Assembly: GCA_903909465.1 (NCBI GenBank)
Contig: CAIVVQ010000038.1
Coordinates: forward strand, 1-61,427
Source: an uncultured Opitutia bacterium
Lineage (GTDB): Bacteria; Verrucomicrobiota; Verrucomicrobiia; Opitutales; UBA953
Direction: 5' to 3'
DNA: 61,427 bases
The translations under genes were made by a program, and so were the position numbers. The notes under the pieces are model-generated. The model was not told the origin of the DNA, did no database searches, and was given only the letters and a program-made list of their open reading frames with translations. Positions 38,294-47,935 of the stretch are shown here, piece after piece. Position 1 is the first letter of the stretch. The number at the start of each line of letters is the position of its first letter.

Positions 38294-38725
38294 ATGGCCT
38301 CATTTCAAGCTGAACACCGGGCTCAGTTCTCGGACACCGATGCGGCTGGCATCGTTCACTTCTCCACAATCTTTTTTTGGGTGGAGGCGACCGAGGAAGC
38401 GCTGTTCCGTTCCTTGAAGTTGCCGTTTCTCAAATTCGACGGGGCAAAATTGAGCGGCTTTCCACGGGTGCGAGTTGAGTGTGATTACCTTTCGCCCGTT
38501 TACCGCGAGGAGTTAGTAATCGTGGAACTTATCCCGCAGGAGATTGGGGATAAGAAAATCGTGTGGGGCTTTAAGGCTAAGGTAGGAGATCGTGCCGTAG
38601 CACAGGGTGCATTGACGACGGTCTATGCATGGCGTGAGGGCCAGGGGGCGATGATGGCGGCACTCGTCCCTTTGGAAGTAAAGCATGGTTTGGAAAGTTT
38701 TTCTGGAAAAACTCCTGGAGTCTAA
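38294..38725 (+). CDS. 4HBT-fold acyl-CoA thioesterase (YbgC-like)
   Basis: FSDTDAAGIVHFSTIFFWVEATEEALFRSL is a typical hotdog/YbgC N-terminal motif. ATG at 38294 was chosen over the track start. Confidence 0.75.
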   Translation: MASFQAEHRAQFSDTDAAGIVHFSTIFFWVEATEEALFRSLKLPFLKFDGAKLSGFPRVRVECDYLSPVYREELVIVELIPQEIGDKKIVWGFKAKVGDRAVAQGALTTVYAWREGQGAMMAALVPLEVKHGLESFSGKTPGV

Positions 38726-38733
38726 TTTAGGGG

Positions 38734-39606
38734 ATGAGTGAGCCCAGCCAGATTAACACTTTCTCGCATCAAGCACTGGGCACAACGTTTTGGCTCCGTT
38801 TCGCAGAGGAGGATCTAAATTTTACGCAACGCGCAGCGGAGTCAGCCTTTTATCTTTTAGATGAGCTGGAGCGTGAAATCGGTGCGAGCGGTCAGATGGA
38901 ATTAGCTAATGCCTTACCGAGCGGTGAAGTGATTTCGGTGAGTCAAAGTTTTGCGGATTTATGGAAGGCGTCGGAAGCTTTTCGGGTCGAGTCGCAAGGG
39001 GCTTTTGATGTGCGGGCAGGTCGTTTATTTAAATATTGGGCGGGTCGCGCCCCAAATTCTTTTAATCCCGATGACACCGAATGGGCAGCAGCCTTTGATG
39101 ATTTCAAGGCATCAGAATACCGAATGGATGGACAAGAGTTACACGCCATTAAAGCAGGGGCCGCATTTGATTTTAATGCCATAAGCAGTGGCTATGCGGT
39201 GGATCGCATCACCGAGATGCTTGAGTCTACTTGGGGTATTCATCGTGCGTTGGTGATGGCCGGTTCGTCGGTCGCGCGTGCATTGGATCCACCGGGTGAG
39301 GGCACCGGTTGGAGGATGGCGCTGGGTCCGCCGGCGGAGTGGTTGCTCTGTCGTTCGGCCTTAGCGAGCACGCGAACAGGCTTAAATAACTCGACGTTAA
39401 TTGACGCACGCAATGGTGTGGCGGTGGCGGGCGAAGGTGTGGTGCGTGCATTGGCCAGCACGGCACGAGAAGCCCAGTATTTATCAATGATGGGCATGAT
39501 TTTAAGTGAGACGGAAGCGGTGCGAATCGCTACCGATAACGGTCAGCGCGGGCTATGGTTATCGAATGACCGTCGCCATGGCGCATTGATTGTCCGCTCG
39601 GCTTAA
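38734..39606 (+). CDS. divergent ApbE-like (FAD:protein FMN transferase family) protein
   Basis: FDFNAISSGYAVDRI (compare AKGYAVD), LASTRTG (compare ATSG), LIDARNG (compare DPRTG). No signal peptide, and several signature residues are substituted. Confidence 0.5.
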   Translation: MSEPSQINTFSHQALGTTFWLRFAEEDLNFTQRAAESAFYLLDELEREIGASGQMELANALPSGEVISVSQSFADLWKASEAFRVESQGAFDVRAGRLFKYWAGRAPNSFNPDDTEWAAAFDDFKASEYRMDGQELHAIKAGAAFDFNAISSGYAVDRITEMLESTWGIHRALVMAGSSVARALDPPGEGTGWRMALGPPAEWLLCRSALASTRTGLNNSTLIDARNGVAVAGEGVVRALASTAREAQYLSMMGMILSETEAVRIATDNGQRGLWLSNDRRHGALIVRSA

Positions 39607-39620
39607 GCGCGTCGCACGGC

Positions 39621-41372
39621 TCACTTAATCATTTTCTCGATATCAATTTGTAATTGATCGCGATTACTCGAGAAAAGGAAAATATCGGAAGAGATTCGCG
39701 CGAGTGATTGGGCGAGCAATTCTTTGGGCGGACGGCGCGTTGCCATTAAGCGACGTAAGTACACTTCCATATCCTGGGCGACTTCGGGGTGACTGATCTT
39801 AAGTTTCACTAGCTCCAAAAGCAGGGCTTGATTACTTTCGTTGCTCAAGTGGGCTTCAATCAGCATATTATTGGCTTCTTGATAGCGTTTTGCGGCAACT
39901 AACTTTTTGCCGCAGGCGATTAAAAGTGATGGCGCCACATCGCGATTTTGAATCAGGCGGTGAAGGTTAATGGAAGCAATTTCAGGTTGATTATCAGCAA
40001 AGTAGGCAATGGTGCGAAGGGCATCGAGGCCAATCGTGATATCCTTAAGCCATTGTTGATTCTCATTCTGACTCAATAGTTCATTGATCAGCATGATGGC
40101 TTCGTGGGCGCGATTATCTTTAATCAAACACTCCGCATGGGTTAAGGTGAATTTGTAGCGGTTGGGGAAGCGACACTCATTGGCCCAATCCAGTAGCCGC
40201 TTGGTTAATTTAGGTCGGCCGACATCATTGGCGAACTGGGCTAGCTCAATCATCGCCTGAGGGTTGCGTCCGAATTCCTTGATTAGTCGCTCAATGAGTG
40301 ACTCACGTAAGGTTTCGCTCTCCGCTCCTGATAATAAATAGAGAAGTTGAATCTTCGGTCCAGGCTCCGTGGGCTTTTGGATGATGATTAAATCAAGGCA
40401 ATCCCGGGCCGCGCTAATTTCGCCATTGTCTTTTAACCATCGGGCTTTGATTTCAAGCAGCCGGTGAATTTCGGGGTATTGTTTAACCGCGGCGCTGATT
40501 AATTTAATCGCCTCTTGGTGGTCGCCTCCTTCCCAGAGGAGCTGGCAACCAATAAGAAATCCTTCCGGAGTGGATTCTAACTTATATTTTTTGATTAAAT
40601 TACCCGTTTCCGTGTAATACCCGCGCATGAAGTGGACTTGGGTGTCGGCAATTTTAAGGGCTTGTTCGACTTCGGGATTCAAATTCTTTCGGCCCAGAAA
40701 CTTGCTCGCGCAGGCAATGATGCGTGCGTCTTGATCGTACATAAAGCACTTCGCGAGGTAGGCTTGGACGTGGTCAAAATCGTTGATCGAGAAATCGAGT
40801 GAATTATCGAGAACGGAGAAAGCATCAATTTGCCGTCCGAGAGTAAAATAAAGTTCTGCGGCTAGCCGTTGCGCTTCAGCGTTGCGCGGCGAAAGTAGGG
40901 CAGCGGTACCAATGTACCTGGCAAAACTTGCGTAATTTTGCCGAGCCAGATCATCTTTAGCGCATTTAAAGTAGAACTCTCCCTTATGAACGAGGTGGGG
41001 GAGTCGGCCGTAGGTGCGGGTGTCATCCAGTTCGATGAGACTGAGGCGCTCGCGCGCTTGGGCTTCCTCGTTGCTTAAAGTTAAGTTAATAGCGGAATTA
41101 ACGATAGAGTCGGGAAAGTAAAGGTAGGCATCTCCTCGTCGGGTCGTTGTGATGCCGTTCATGTAGCGTTCACGAAAATAAAAAAATTCGGCGGAACCAA
41201 CCCAGAGTAAAATGAGTAGGAATGGAGAGAGTAAACCAATCCGCCGCCAGTTGGGGACAAATATTTTTTTATCGTAACCAATCTGTTGTACAATGACCGT
41301 CCCCAATAAAATAGTTTTGGAGGTCTTTCTTTGGGTGGTTGAACCGTAGATGTAGCTGGGCTTTTTCTCCAT
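39621..41372 (-). CDS. hypothetical membrane-anchored all-alpha TPR-like repeat protein
   Basis: One N-terminal TM (IGLLSPFLLILLWVGSAEFFYF) followed by about 500 aa of helical-repeat sequence. Composition is visibly more AT-rich than its neighbours. Confidence 0.6.
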   Translation of the reverse strand: MEKKPSYIYGSTTQRKTSKTILLGTVIVQQIGYDKKIFVPNWRRIGLLSPFLLILLWVGSAEFFYFRERYMNGITTTRRGDAYLYFPDSIVNSAINLTLSNEEAQARERLSLIELDDTRTYGRLPHLVHKGEFYFKCAKDDLARQNYASFARYIGTAALLSPRNAEAQRLAAELYFTLGRQIDAFSVLDNSLDFSINDFDHVQAYLAKCFMYDQDARIIACASKFLGRKNLNPEVEQALKIADTQVHFMRGYYTETGNLIKKYKLESTPEGFLIGCQLLWEGGDHQEAIKLISAAVKQYPEIHRLLEIKARWLKDNGEISAARDCLDLIIIQKPTEPGPKIQLLYLLSGAESETLRESLIERLIKEFGRNPQAMIELAQFANDVGRPKLTKRLLDWANECRFPNRYKFTLTHAECLIKDNRAHEAIMLINELLSQNENQQWLKDITIGLDALRTIAYFADNQPEIASINLHRLIQNRDVAPSLLIACGKKLVAAKRYQEANNMLIEAHLSNESNQALLLELVKLKISHPEVAQDMEVYLRRLMATRRPPKELLAQSLARISSDIFLFSSNRDQLQIDIEKMIK

Positions 41373-41435
41373 CGCGATTGGTTGCTACTATTAACTAAAA
41401 CTCGTCCCGAATTGGCAAGGACGGACTCGGTATGC

Positions 41436-43445
41436 TTAGATTAAATCACTGATTTCATTGGCTGAGCCAATGGAGGGCACGCAGGTTTTTCCTACGCAAA
41501 CCTCAATCTTTTTTATCTCCGCTGATGGTTTCAGCATTACGACGCGAAAGGGTTTTTGATGCGGAGGTGTTGCGACGCCCCCGTTGATCACCTTCTGTAA
41601 TTCATCCGCATGGTTAGTGAGTGGGTACTTGATAATAACATGCCCCGTTGCGGCTTGTGTGAGGCCCTGTAAGGCGTGGGCCACGCCGCTGGGTACATTA
41701 CGATTCAGTCCACTATAGGCGCGTGAAAGTTCGGTGAACGCTTTGCCCCAATGGGGATTTTGGGTGAGTGCTTCAAGGGCAGACAGTGTATGGAGAAGCG
41801 CCGAGTTGCCCGAGGGGACGGCATTATCAAACCAGTCTTTCTGACGGATGGACAAATCATCACGATTAGGCGGCACCAAGAAATAACCGATGGCGTGTGC
41901 GTCGCCGAATTGACGTTCAGTGTGCTGCATGAGGGCGATGGCACGGTCCAGGTGAGGCGCTTTACCTTCGCCCCATGCCTGGGTGGCGGCGAGGGTGATT
42001 TCAGCTTCGGCGAGCCAAGCGAAATCAATGAGTATGCCCTTGCCGCTAAAAGTATTTTTATAACCGATTGGCTGGAGCTGAATGACGTCGGCTGATTGCT
42101 GCACACAATTTTCCCAGAGCGTTTGCTCGGTCTTCGCTGCCAGTTGCCACCAATCTTTTCGCCCAAAAATCCAGCCCGCCTTCGCGAGGTTTTTAATCAG
42201 TAGCGCATTCCAGCTTAGGAGTGCTTTATCGTCTCGAGTGGGCTGGGTACGTAAGTTTCGTCGGGAAAGTAATTGTGCGCGATTAGCCTTGTGGTGTTCG
42301 CGCTCGGGAAACTTTCCACGTAATTTAGGAATAGTTGAACCTTCAAAATTTCCTTGGTCGGTGATGCCGTAGGCGGTGGCGAAGGCTAGGGCTTTGTCGC
42401 CTAGGACTTCGACAATTTCTTTTGGTTTCCAAACGTAGGTGAGTCCCTCTTCATGGTCGGTGTCCGCATCCAAGGCCGAGGCGAATAACCCGCGATCGGT
42501 AACCATTTCACGTTGTAGCCACTCAATGGTTTCTTCGCAGATGCGCTGGTAAAGTGGATCACGGTACCGCGCCCAAGCTTCGGCATAGGTACCAATGAGC
42601 TGCGCGTTATCATATAGCATTTTTTCGAAGTGCGGCACCGTCCAATCGCGGTCGACACAGTAACGGTGGAAGCCGCCACCGACTTGATCAAACAGTCCGC
42701 CGCGAGCCATGGACCCGAGCGTCATCGTGATGACGGCATCCAGTCGAGTGGCGAGGGCGCGATTGGAATCAACGGCGGCAGTGGCGCGAATCGAAAGCAA
42801 GAAGTCGGTAATCGATGGCGAGGGAAATTTAGGTGCTGCACCGAAACCGCCGTGAGTGTCATCGTGATTCTCGCATAGGCGTTCGGCGGCTTTAATTAAA
42901 TCATCATGCGTGGGCAATGTGCCGTCGGCATCCGGTGCTTGCGTGAGGTGCGTGAGATTTTTAGCAATGGCATCAGCATTCGCGGCCAATTCATTTTTAC
43001 TTGTGTGATAAAAGTCGGCCACGCGCATGAGCAATTGTGGCCAAGGTACTTGGCCATGTCCGCGGTCCTCGGGCGGGAAGTAGGTGCCGCCAAAGAAAGG
43101 ACGTCCGTCAGGCAAGCAGAAGCAGTTGAGAGGCCAGCCGCCGTGACCTTGAATCATTTGCACCGCATCCATCATCAATTTATCGACTTCGGGTTTTTCT
43201 TCGCGGTCGACCTTGATGCAGATGAAATGTTTATTCATTAGCTCCGCGATCCAGGTTTGGGCAAAGGATTCGCGAGCCATGACGTGACACCAGTGACAGG
43301 AAGAATACCCGACGGAGACTAAAACGGGCTTATCCTGTGCCTTGGCAGCGGCAAAAGCTTCAGGACACCAGGGCCACCAGTCGACAGGGTTATCGGCGTG
43401 CTGGCGGAGGTAGAGGGAGGGCTCGCTGGAAAGTCGATTGGGCAC
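41436..43445 (-). CDS. thioredoxin-domain protein of the YyaL/DUF255 (SSP411-like) family
   Basis: [37 protein letters not shown], then an (alpha/alpha)6 epimerase-like region. A GTG start at 43445 (VPNRL) is proposed so the gene does not overlap mutL. The ORF remains open to 43583. Confidence 0.8.
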   Translation of the reverse strand: MPNRLSSEPSLYLRQHADNPVDWWPWCPEAFAAAKAQDKPVLVSVGYSSCHWCHVMARESFAQTWIAELMNKHFICIKVDREEKPEVDKLMMDAVQMIQGHGGWPLNCFCLPDGRPFFGGTYFPPEDRGHGQVPWPQLLMRVADFYHTSKNELAANADAIAKNLTHLTQAPDADGTLPTHDDLIKAAERLCENHDDTHGGFGAAPKFPSPSITDFLLSIRATAAVDSNRALATRLDAVITMTLGSMARGGLFDQVGGGFHRYCVDRDWTVPHFEKMLYDNAQLIGTYAEAWARYRDPLYQRICEETIEWLQREMVTDRGLFASALDADTDHEEGLTYVWKPKEIVEVLGDKALAFATAYGITDQGNFEGSTIPKLRGKFPEREHHKANRAQLLSRRNLRTQPTRDDKALLSWNALLIKNLAKAGWIFGRKDWWQLAAKTEQTLWENCVQQSADVIQLQPIGYKNTFSGKGILIDFAWLAEAEITLAATQAWGEGKAPHLDRAIALMQHTERQFGDAHAIGYFLVPPNRDDLSIRQKDWFDNAVPSGNSALLHTLSALEALTQNPHWGKAFTELSRAYSGLNRNVPSGVAHALQGLTQAATGHVIIKYPLTNHADELQKVINGGVATPPHQKPFRVVMLKPSAEIKKIEVCVGKTCVPSIGSANEISDLI

Positions 43446-43545
43446 GTCGGTACATTTACACAGTCCGGGCGGTGTGCAATCTCGACATTTTACAGGCTTC
43501 GACTTGCAGGGAGGCGTGGGGTCGCCAAATCTCGAAGTCCGCTCG

Positions 43546-45276
43546 ATGTCCGTCATTCGTTTACTTGCCCCTAATGTAGCCAATCAGATTGCGGCGGGAG
43601 AAGTCGTGGAAAGACCGGCTGCGGTGGTGAAGGAATTATTAGAAAATTCACTCGATGCGGGGGCAACGCGCGTGGTCATCGATTTTTCACGTGGAGGAAA
43701 GGCCTTCATGATCATTGAAGATGACGGCAAAGGGATGATTCCTGAAGATGCACTTTTAAGCTTAGAGCGACATGCCACGAGCAAGATTAGTGCAGCAGCC
43801 GATTTAGATCGTATCAGCACTTTTGGTTTTCGCGGTGAGGCCTTGCCGTCAATTGCCAGCGTGGCGCGCTTTACTTTACAAACGCGATCGGTGGATGCAG
43901 CGAATGGCACCGAAATTTTCGTGAACGGCGGAAAAATTATTCATCAACGCGACCATGGTATGGCAGTCGGTACGCGTATTGAAGTAGCCAATCTTTTTCA
44001 CCCCGTGCCGGCCCGACTCAAATTTTTGAAGTCCGACGAAACTGAGGCAGCCCATATTATTCGATTGGTGCGACTGTATGCGGTGTCTCATCCCACGGTT
44101 GGATTTTTGCTTCGCGAAGATGGACGAGAAATTTTTCGATCGCCCGGTAATGTGCCGGTGCTCGAGCGGGTGCGCGAGATTTGGGGCCGGCAAGTGGCCG
44201 AAGAGGTTTCGTTGATGCCCGTATTTGAGCGTTCGGGTATGCGGCTCAGTGGATTACTCGGAAAGCCCGGTGTGAGTCGTGGTACTCGCCAAGACTTAGT
44301 TACGGTGGTCAATGGTCGCCCAGTCGATAGTCGCACGATGGCTTTTGCGCTCACTGAAAGTTATCACACTTTAATTCCCAAGGGTCGGTACCCGCTAGTT
44401 TTCGCTTTTCTTGAAATCGACCCCGCCTGGGTGGATGTAAATGTGCATCCCGCTAAGCGTGAGGTGCGTTTTCGTGACGAAGCTCGAGTACGAGGCTTCA
44501 TTATCGAATCAGTGCTTTCAGTTTTGCGGTCTAATGTGGGGGATGGCTTGCCCGCACAGACTGTACCATCGATTACACCCAGTGTAAGCCTATCGCCGCC
44601 CGCTGTGGCTTCAGCTTCTAGCCCGTCAGTGAAGACGCCAAGTATTCCCGCTCCGCAGTCGTCGGTGCCCGTAACGGCGAGCCCATCACCTGCTTCAGCG
44701 GTGCGACTCGGCTGGCGATTGCTTTCGCGGGTGCGCGAAGAGAGGGCAGTGTTTGAAACGCCAACTGGTCTGGCGATTTTAGATATCGGCGCAGCACACC
44801 AGCGCATTTTGTATGAATCAATTCTGAAACAGTTCTCAGACGGAACGCCGGTTAGTCAACCGCTGCTATTGCCGTTGAGTTTAGAATTAGAACCATTGCC
44901 TGCCGCAGTATTGAAAGAGCGAATGGGTTTATTAATTTCCTCTGGATTTTTATTTGAAGAATACGGACGCAACTTTTGGCGCATCGAAGCATTGCCCGCT
45001 TGGTTAAATCCAGAGGATGCACTGAGTTTCCTGCGTGATTTACTGGCGGAAATGGCTCGACGCGAAGGTGATTTCGGTCGGCCCGCGTTGGCCTACGATG
45101 CGTTAGCGCAATTAGCCGTTCAGAAGGCTCGTCGCAAAGGCGATGCGTTTTCAGATGCGGAATTAATGGAACTCTTGCAGGCGTTATTTAAAACTTCGCA
45201 ACCATCATCCGATCCGCGTGGCCGTCGCACTTATATCGAATGGACGGATGCCGACTTGGGTCGGCGCTTAGGTTAA
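43546..45276 (+). CDS. mutL: DNA mismatch repair protein MutL
   Basis: [39 protein letters not shown] (GHKL ATPase). The internal ATG at 43546 was chosen. Confidence 0.93.
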   Translation: MSVIRLLAPNVANQIAAGEVVERPAAVVKELLENSLDAGATRVVIDFSRGGKAFMIIEDDGKGMIPEDALLSLERHATSKISAAADLDRISTFGFRGEALPSIASVARFTLQTRSVDAANGTEIFVNGGKIIHQRDHGMAVGTRIEVANLFHPVPARLKFLKSDETEAAHIIRLVRLYAVSHPTVGFLLREDGREIFRSPGNVPVLERVREIWGRQVAEEVSLMPVFERSGMRLSGLLGKPGVSRGTRQDLVTVVNGRPVDSRTMAFALTESYHTLIPKGRYPLVFAFLEIDPAWVDVNVHPAKREVRFRDEARVRGFIIESVLSVLRSNVGDGLPAQTVPSITPSVSLSPPAVASASSPSVKTPSIPAPQSSVPVTASPSPASAVRLGWRLLSRVREERAVFETPTGLAILDIGAAHQRILYESILKQFSDGTPVSQPLLLPLSLELEPLPAAVLKERMGLLISSGFLFEEYGRNFWRIEALPAWLNPEDALSFLRDLLAEMARREGDFGRPALAYDALAQLAVQKARRKGDAFSDAELMELLQALFKTSQPSSDPRGRRTYIEWTDADLGRRLG

Positions 45277-47261
45277 CGTCGTCGTCCGCGGCTTCGCTTG
45301 CTCGCACTCGCTGGTTTGCCACTGCGCAGTGCTTCGATTTGGTCCCGCAACTGAGCGGCCTTTTCGAATTGTAATTCATCGGCTGCTTCGAGCATTTCCA
45401 CCTCCATGTTGGCCAAGACTTGGGCAACATCGTGGTCGCTGGTACCTTCCGCGACCGCAAGTACATCATCTTCTTCGTCGACCAAGCTTTCTTCAATGGC
45501 ACGCACCGTTGATTTAGGGGTGATGCCGTGTTTAAGGTTATAGGCCGCTTGGCGCTTCCGTCGGTCGCCACAGATGGTGAGGGCGCGCGTGAGTGATTTG
45601 GTCATCACATCGGCGTAGAGAATGACTTTGCCGTCGACGTGACGCGCGGCGCGACCGGAGGTTTGAATTAAACTAGTTTCGCTTCGTAAAAACCCTTCTT
45701 TGTCGGCATCGAGAATGCCAACCAGCGCTACTTCAGGTAAGTCGAGGCCTTCGCGTAATAAATTCACTCCCACGAGCACATCAAATTTTCCGGCCCGTAA
45801 TCGACGGAGAATTTCGACGCGTTCGATGGCGTCGATGTCTGAGTGTAGGTACTCCACTTTCAATCCATGCTCACGCATGAAATTAGAAAGGTCTTCCGAC
45901 ATCCGTTTGGTGAGCGTAGTGACAAGGGTGCGCCAGCCGCGGGCGGCGGCTTGTTTGGCTTCGCCGATAATGTCTTCGACCTGACCCTTGATGGGTCGGA
46001 CTTCCATGACGGGGTCAAGGAGGCCGGTAGGGCGGATGACTTGTTCAGCGATGACACTGGAGACTTTATATTCATGCGCCGCGGGTGTTGCGGACACGTA
46101 AATGGTTTGTCCGGAAATTTCGTCGAACTCCTGCGGCATCAGCGGACGATTCTCAAGAGCGGAGGGCAGACGGAAACCAAAATCAACGAGCTTCTCTTTG
46201 CGTGCACGGTCACCGTGGTACATGCCGCCGATTTGTGAGACGGACACGTGGCTCTCATCGATGAAGATGAGTCGGTCCTTCGGAAAGAAATCGAGAAGGC
46301 AATGTGGGCGTTCGCCTTTGGTGCGACCGGACATGTGCATGGAATAATTTTCAATACCCGAGCAGAAGCCCGTTTCTCGGAGCATTTCCAAATCATGTTC
46401 TACGCGCATACGGATTCGTTGCGCCTCGACGAGTCGATTGGCTTTTTCGAATTCAGCGACACGAATCTCTAGCTCAGCACGAATGGAGTCGGCTGCGGTC
46501 TTAACACGTGCGGCGGAAGTAACGTACTGATTCGCAGGATAAAGGTCGAAGTGATCCAGCGCCTTGCCTGCCTTCACGGTGAGTGGGTCGAGCTCGCGAA
46601 TATTTTCCAACGTGTCACCCCAGAATTCTAAACGAATGGCGCTCTCCATGTAAGCCGGCCAAATGTCGATGGTTTCGCCGCGGGCCCGGAAATTACAGCG
46701 CTCTAAAATGGCGTCGTTACGGGTGTATTGATTAGCCACGAGCCGCGTGAGTAATTCATCGCGCTTGATGACGAGTCCGCGCTTCAGCGGAATCATGAGG
46801 GCAAGAAAATCCTCCGGTGAACCTAATCCGTAAATGCAGGAGACGGAGGCGATGACGATGACATCGCGACGGGAGAGTAGGGCGCTACTGGCGCTAATTC
46901 TGAGTCGCTCGATATCTTCATTAATGGCCGAATCTTTCTCAATAAAAGTGTCGGTCGACGGCACGTAGGCCTCAGGTTGGTAGTAATCGTAGTAGCTGAC
47001 AAAGTATTCGACAGCGTTTTCTGGAAAGAAATTTTTGAATTCGGAATAAAGTTGGGCCGCGAGAGTTTTATTATGCGAAATGATAAGGGCTGGCCGTTGT
47101 TGACGGGCGATCAGGTTCGCCATCGTAAAGGTTTTACCTGAACCCGTGACGCCTAGAAGCGTTTGACGCATGTTACCGGCACGAATGGAGGCATCGAGGG
47201 CTTCAATCGCGGTGGGCTGATCGCCCATGGGAACGTAGTCGGACTTTAGGCGAAACTCCAT
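45273..47261 (-). CDS. uvrB: excinuclease ABC subunit B
   Basis: GVTGSGKTFTMA, helicase motifs, C-terminal UVR domain (FEKAAQLRDQIEAL). Confidence 0.95.
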   Translation of the reverse strand: MEFRLKSDYVPMGDQPTAIEALDASIRAGNMRQTLLGVTGSGKTFTMANLIARQQRPALIISHNKTLAAQLYSEFKNFFPENAVEYFVSYYDYYQPEAYVPSTDTFIEKDSAINEDIERLRISASSALLSRRDVIVIASVSCIYGLGSPEDFLALMIPLKRGLVIKRDELLTRLVANQYTRNDAILERCNFRARGETIDIWPAYMESAIRLEFWGDTLENIRELDPLTVKAGKALDHFDLYPANQYVTSAARVKTAADSIRAELEIRVAEFEKANRLVEAQRIRMRVEHDLEMLRETGFCSGIENYSMHMSGRTKGERPHCLLDFFPKDRLIFIDESHVSVSQIGGMYHGDRARKEKLVDFGFRLPSALENRPLMPQEFDEISGQTIYVSATPAAHEYKVSSVIAEQVIRPTGLLDPVMEVRPIKGQVEDIIGEAKQAAARGWRTLVTTLTKRMSEDLSNFMREHGLKVEYLHSDIDAIERVEILRRLRAGKFDVLVGVNLLREGLDLPEVALVGILDADKEGFLRSETSLIQTSGRAARHVDGKVILYADVMTKSLTRALTICGDRRKRQAAYNLKHGITPKSTVRAIEESLVDEEDDVLAVAEGTSDHDVAQVLANMEVEMLEAADELQFEKAAQLRDQIEALRSGKPASASKRSRGRRR

Positions 47262-47267
47262 TGGGCT

Positions 47268-47933
47268 TTAGTCCAATCGTCCGCGCACGAGCCACTGTGG
47301 GTCCACTTCGGAGAGGTCTTTCACGATACGATGCGCATTTTGTGGAATCAACGCTTCGCGCGGGTGAGTGGTTGCTAGTGCGATGGTGATGAAGCCGCCC
47401 GCGAGTCCAGCTTGAATGCCGGAGAATGAGTCTTCGAAGACGAACGAGCGCGTCGGGTCTCCTCCCGCGAGCGCGCAGGCTTTAAGAAAAACTTCAGGAT
47501 CGGGTTTTCCGCGGCTGACGTCTTCGCTGGCGACGGCACCTTGAAAGAGGTGTCCGAGATCAAAAAGTTCAAACGCCAATGCGAGATTGGCTTTGTGCGT
47601 GGAGGTGCCGATGACGCAAGGGATGCCGAGTTGTTTCAGTTGCGTGGTGAGTTCTTTGGCGCCGGGCAGCAGACGAATGTGGCCTTGGCGTGCGATGACG
47701 CGGTAGTTTGCTTCCTTCTGCTGGGACAGGCGTTTGATTTCTTGTGGATCTTTCGACCAACCTAAAATTTCCGGAATAATAATTTCATTACGCTTGCCGA
47801 AGCCGCGCTTAAAATGATCGGGCGGCAGCGGAAGGTTTTCTTCACGCGCCAGGGTTTGCCAGGAGCGTTCATGGGCAACGGAAGAGTCGATGACGACTCC
47901 GTCCCAATCAAAGACGGCGACGGTACGGGACAT
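47268..47933 (-). CDS. HAD-superfamily hydrolase (beta-phosphoglucomutase-like subfamily)
   Basis: Motif I FDWDGVVIDS; later GTST and FEDSFSGIQAG motifs. Confidence 0.8.
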   Translation of the reverse strand: MSRTVAVFDWDGVVIDSSVAHERSWQTLAREENLPLPPDHFKRGFGKRNEIIIPEILGWSKDPQEIKRLSQQKEANYRVIARQGHIRLLPGAKELTTQLKQLGIPCVIGTSTHKANLALAFELFDLGHLFQGAVASEDVSRGKPDPEVFLKACALAGGDPTRSFVFEDSFSGIQAGLAGGFITIALATTHPREALIPQNAHRIVKDLSEVDPQWLVRGRLD

Positions 47934-47935
47934 GA

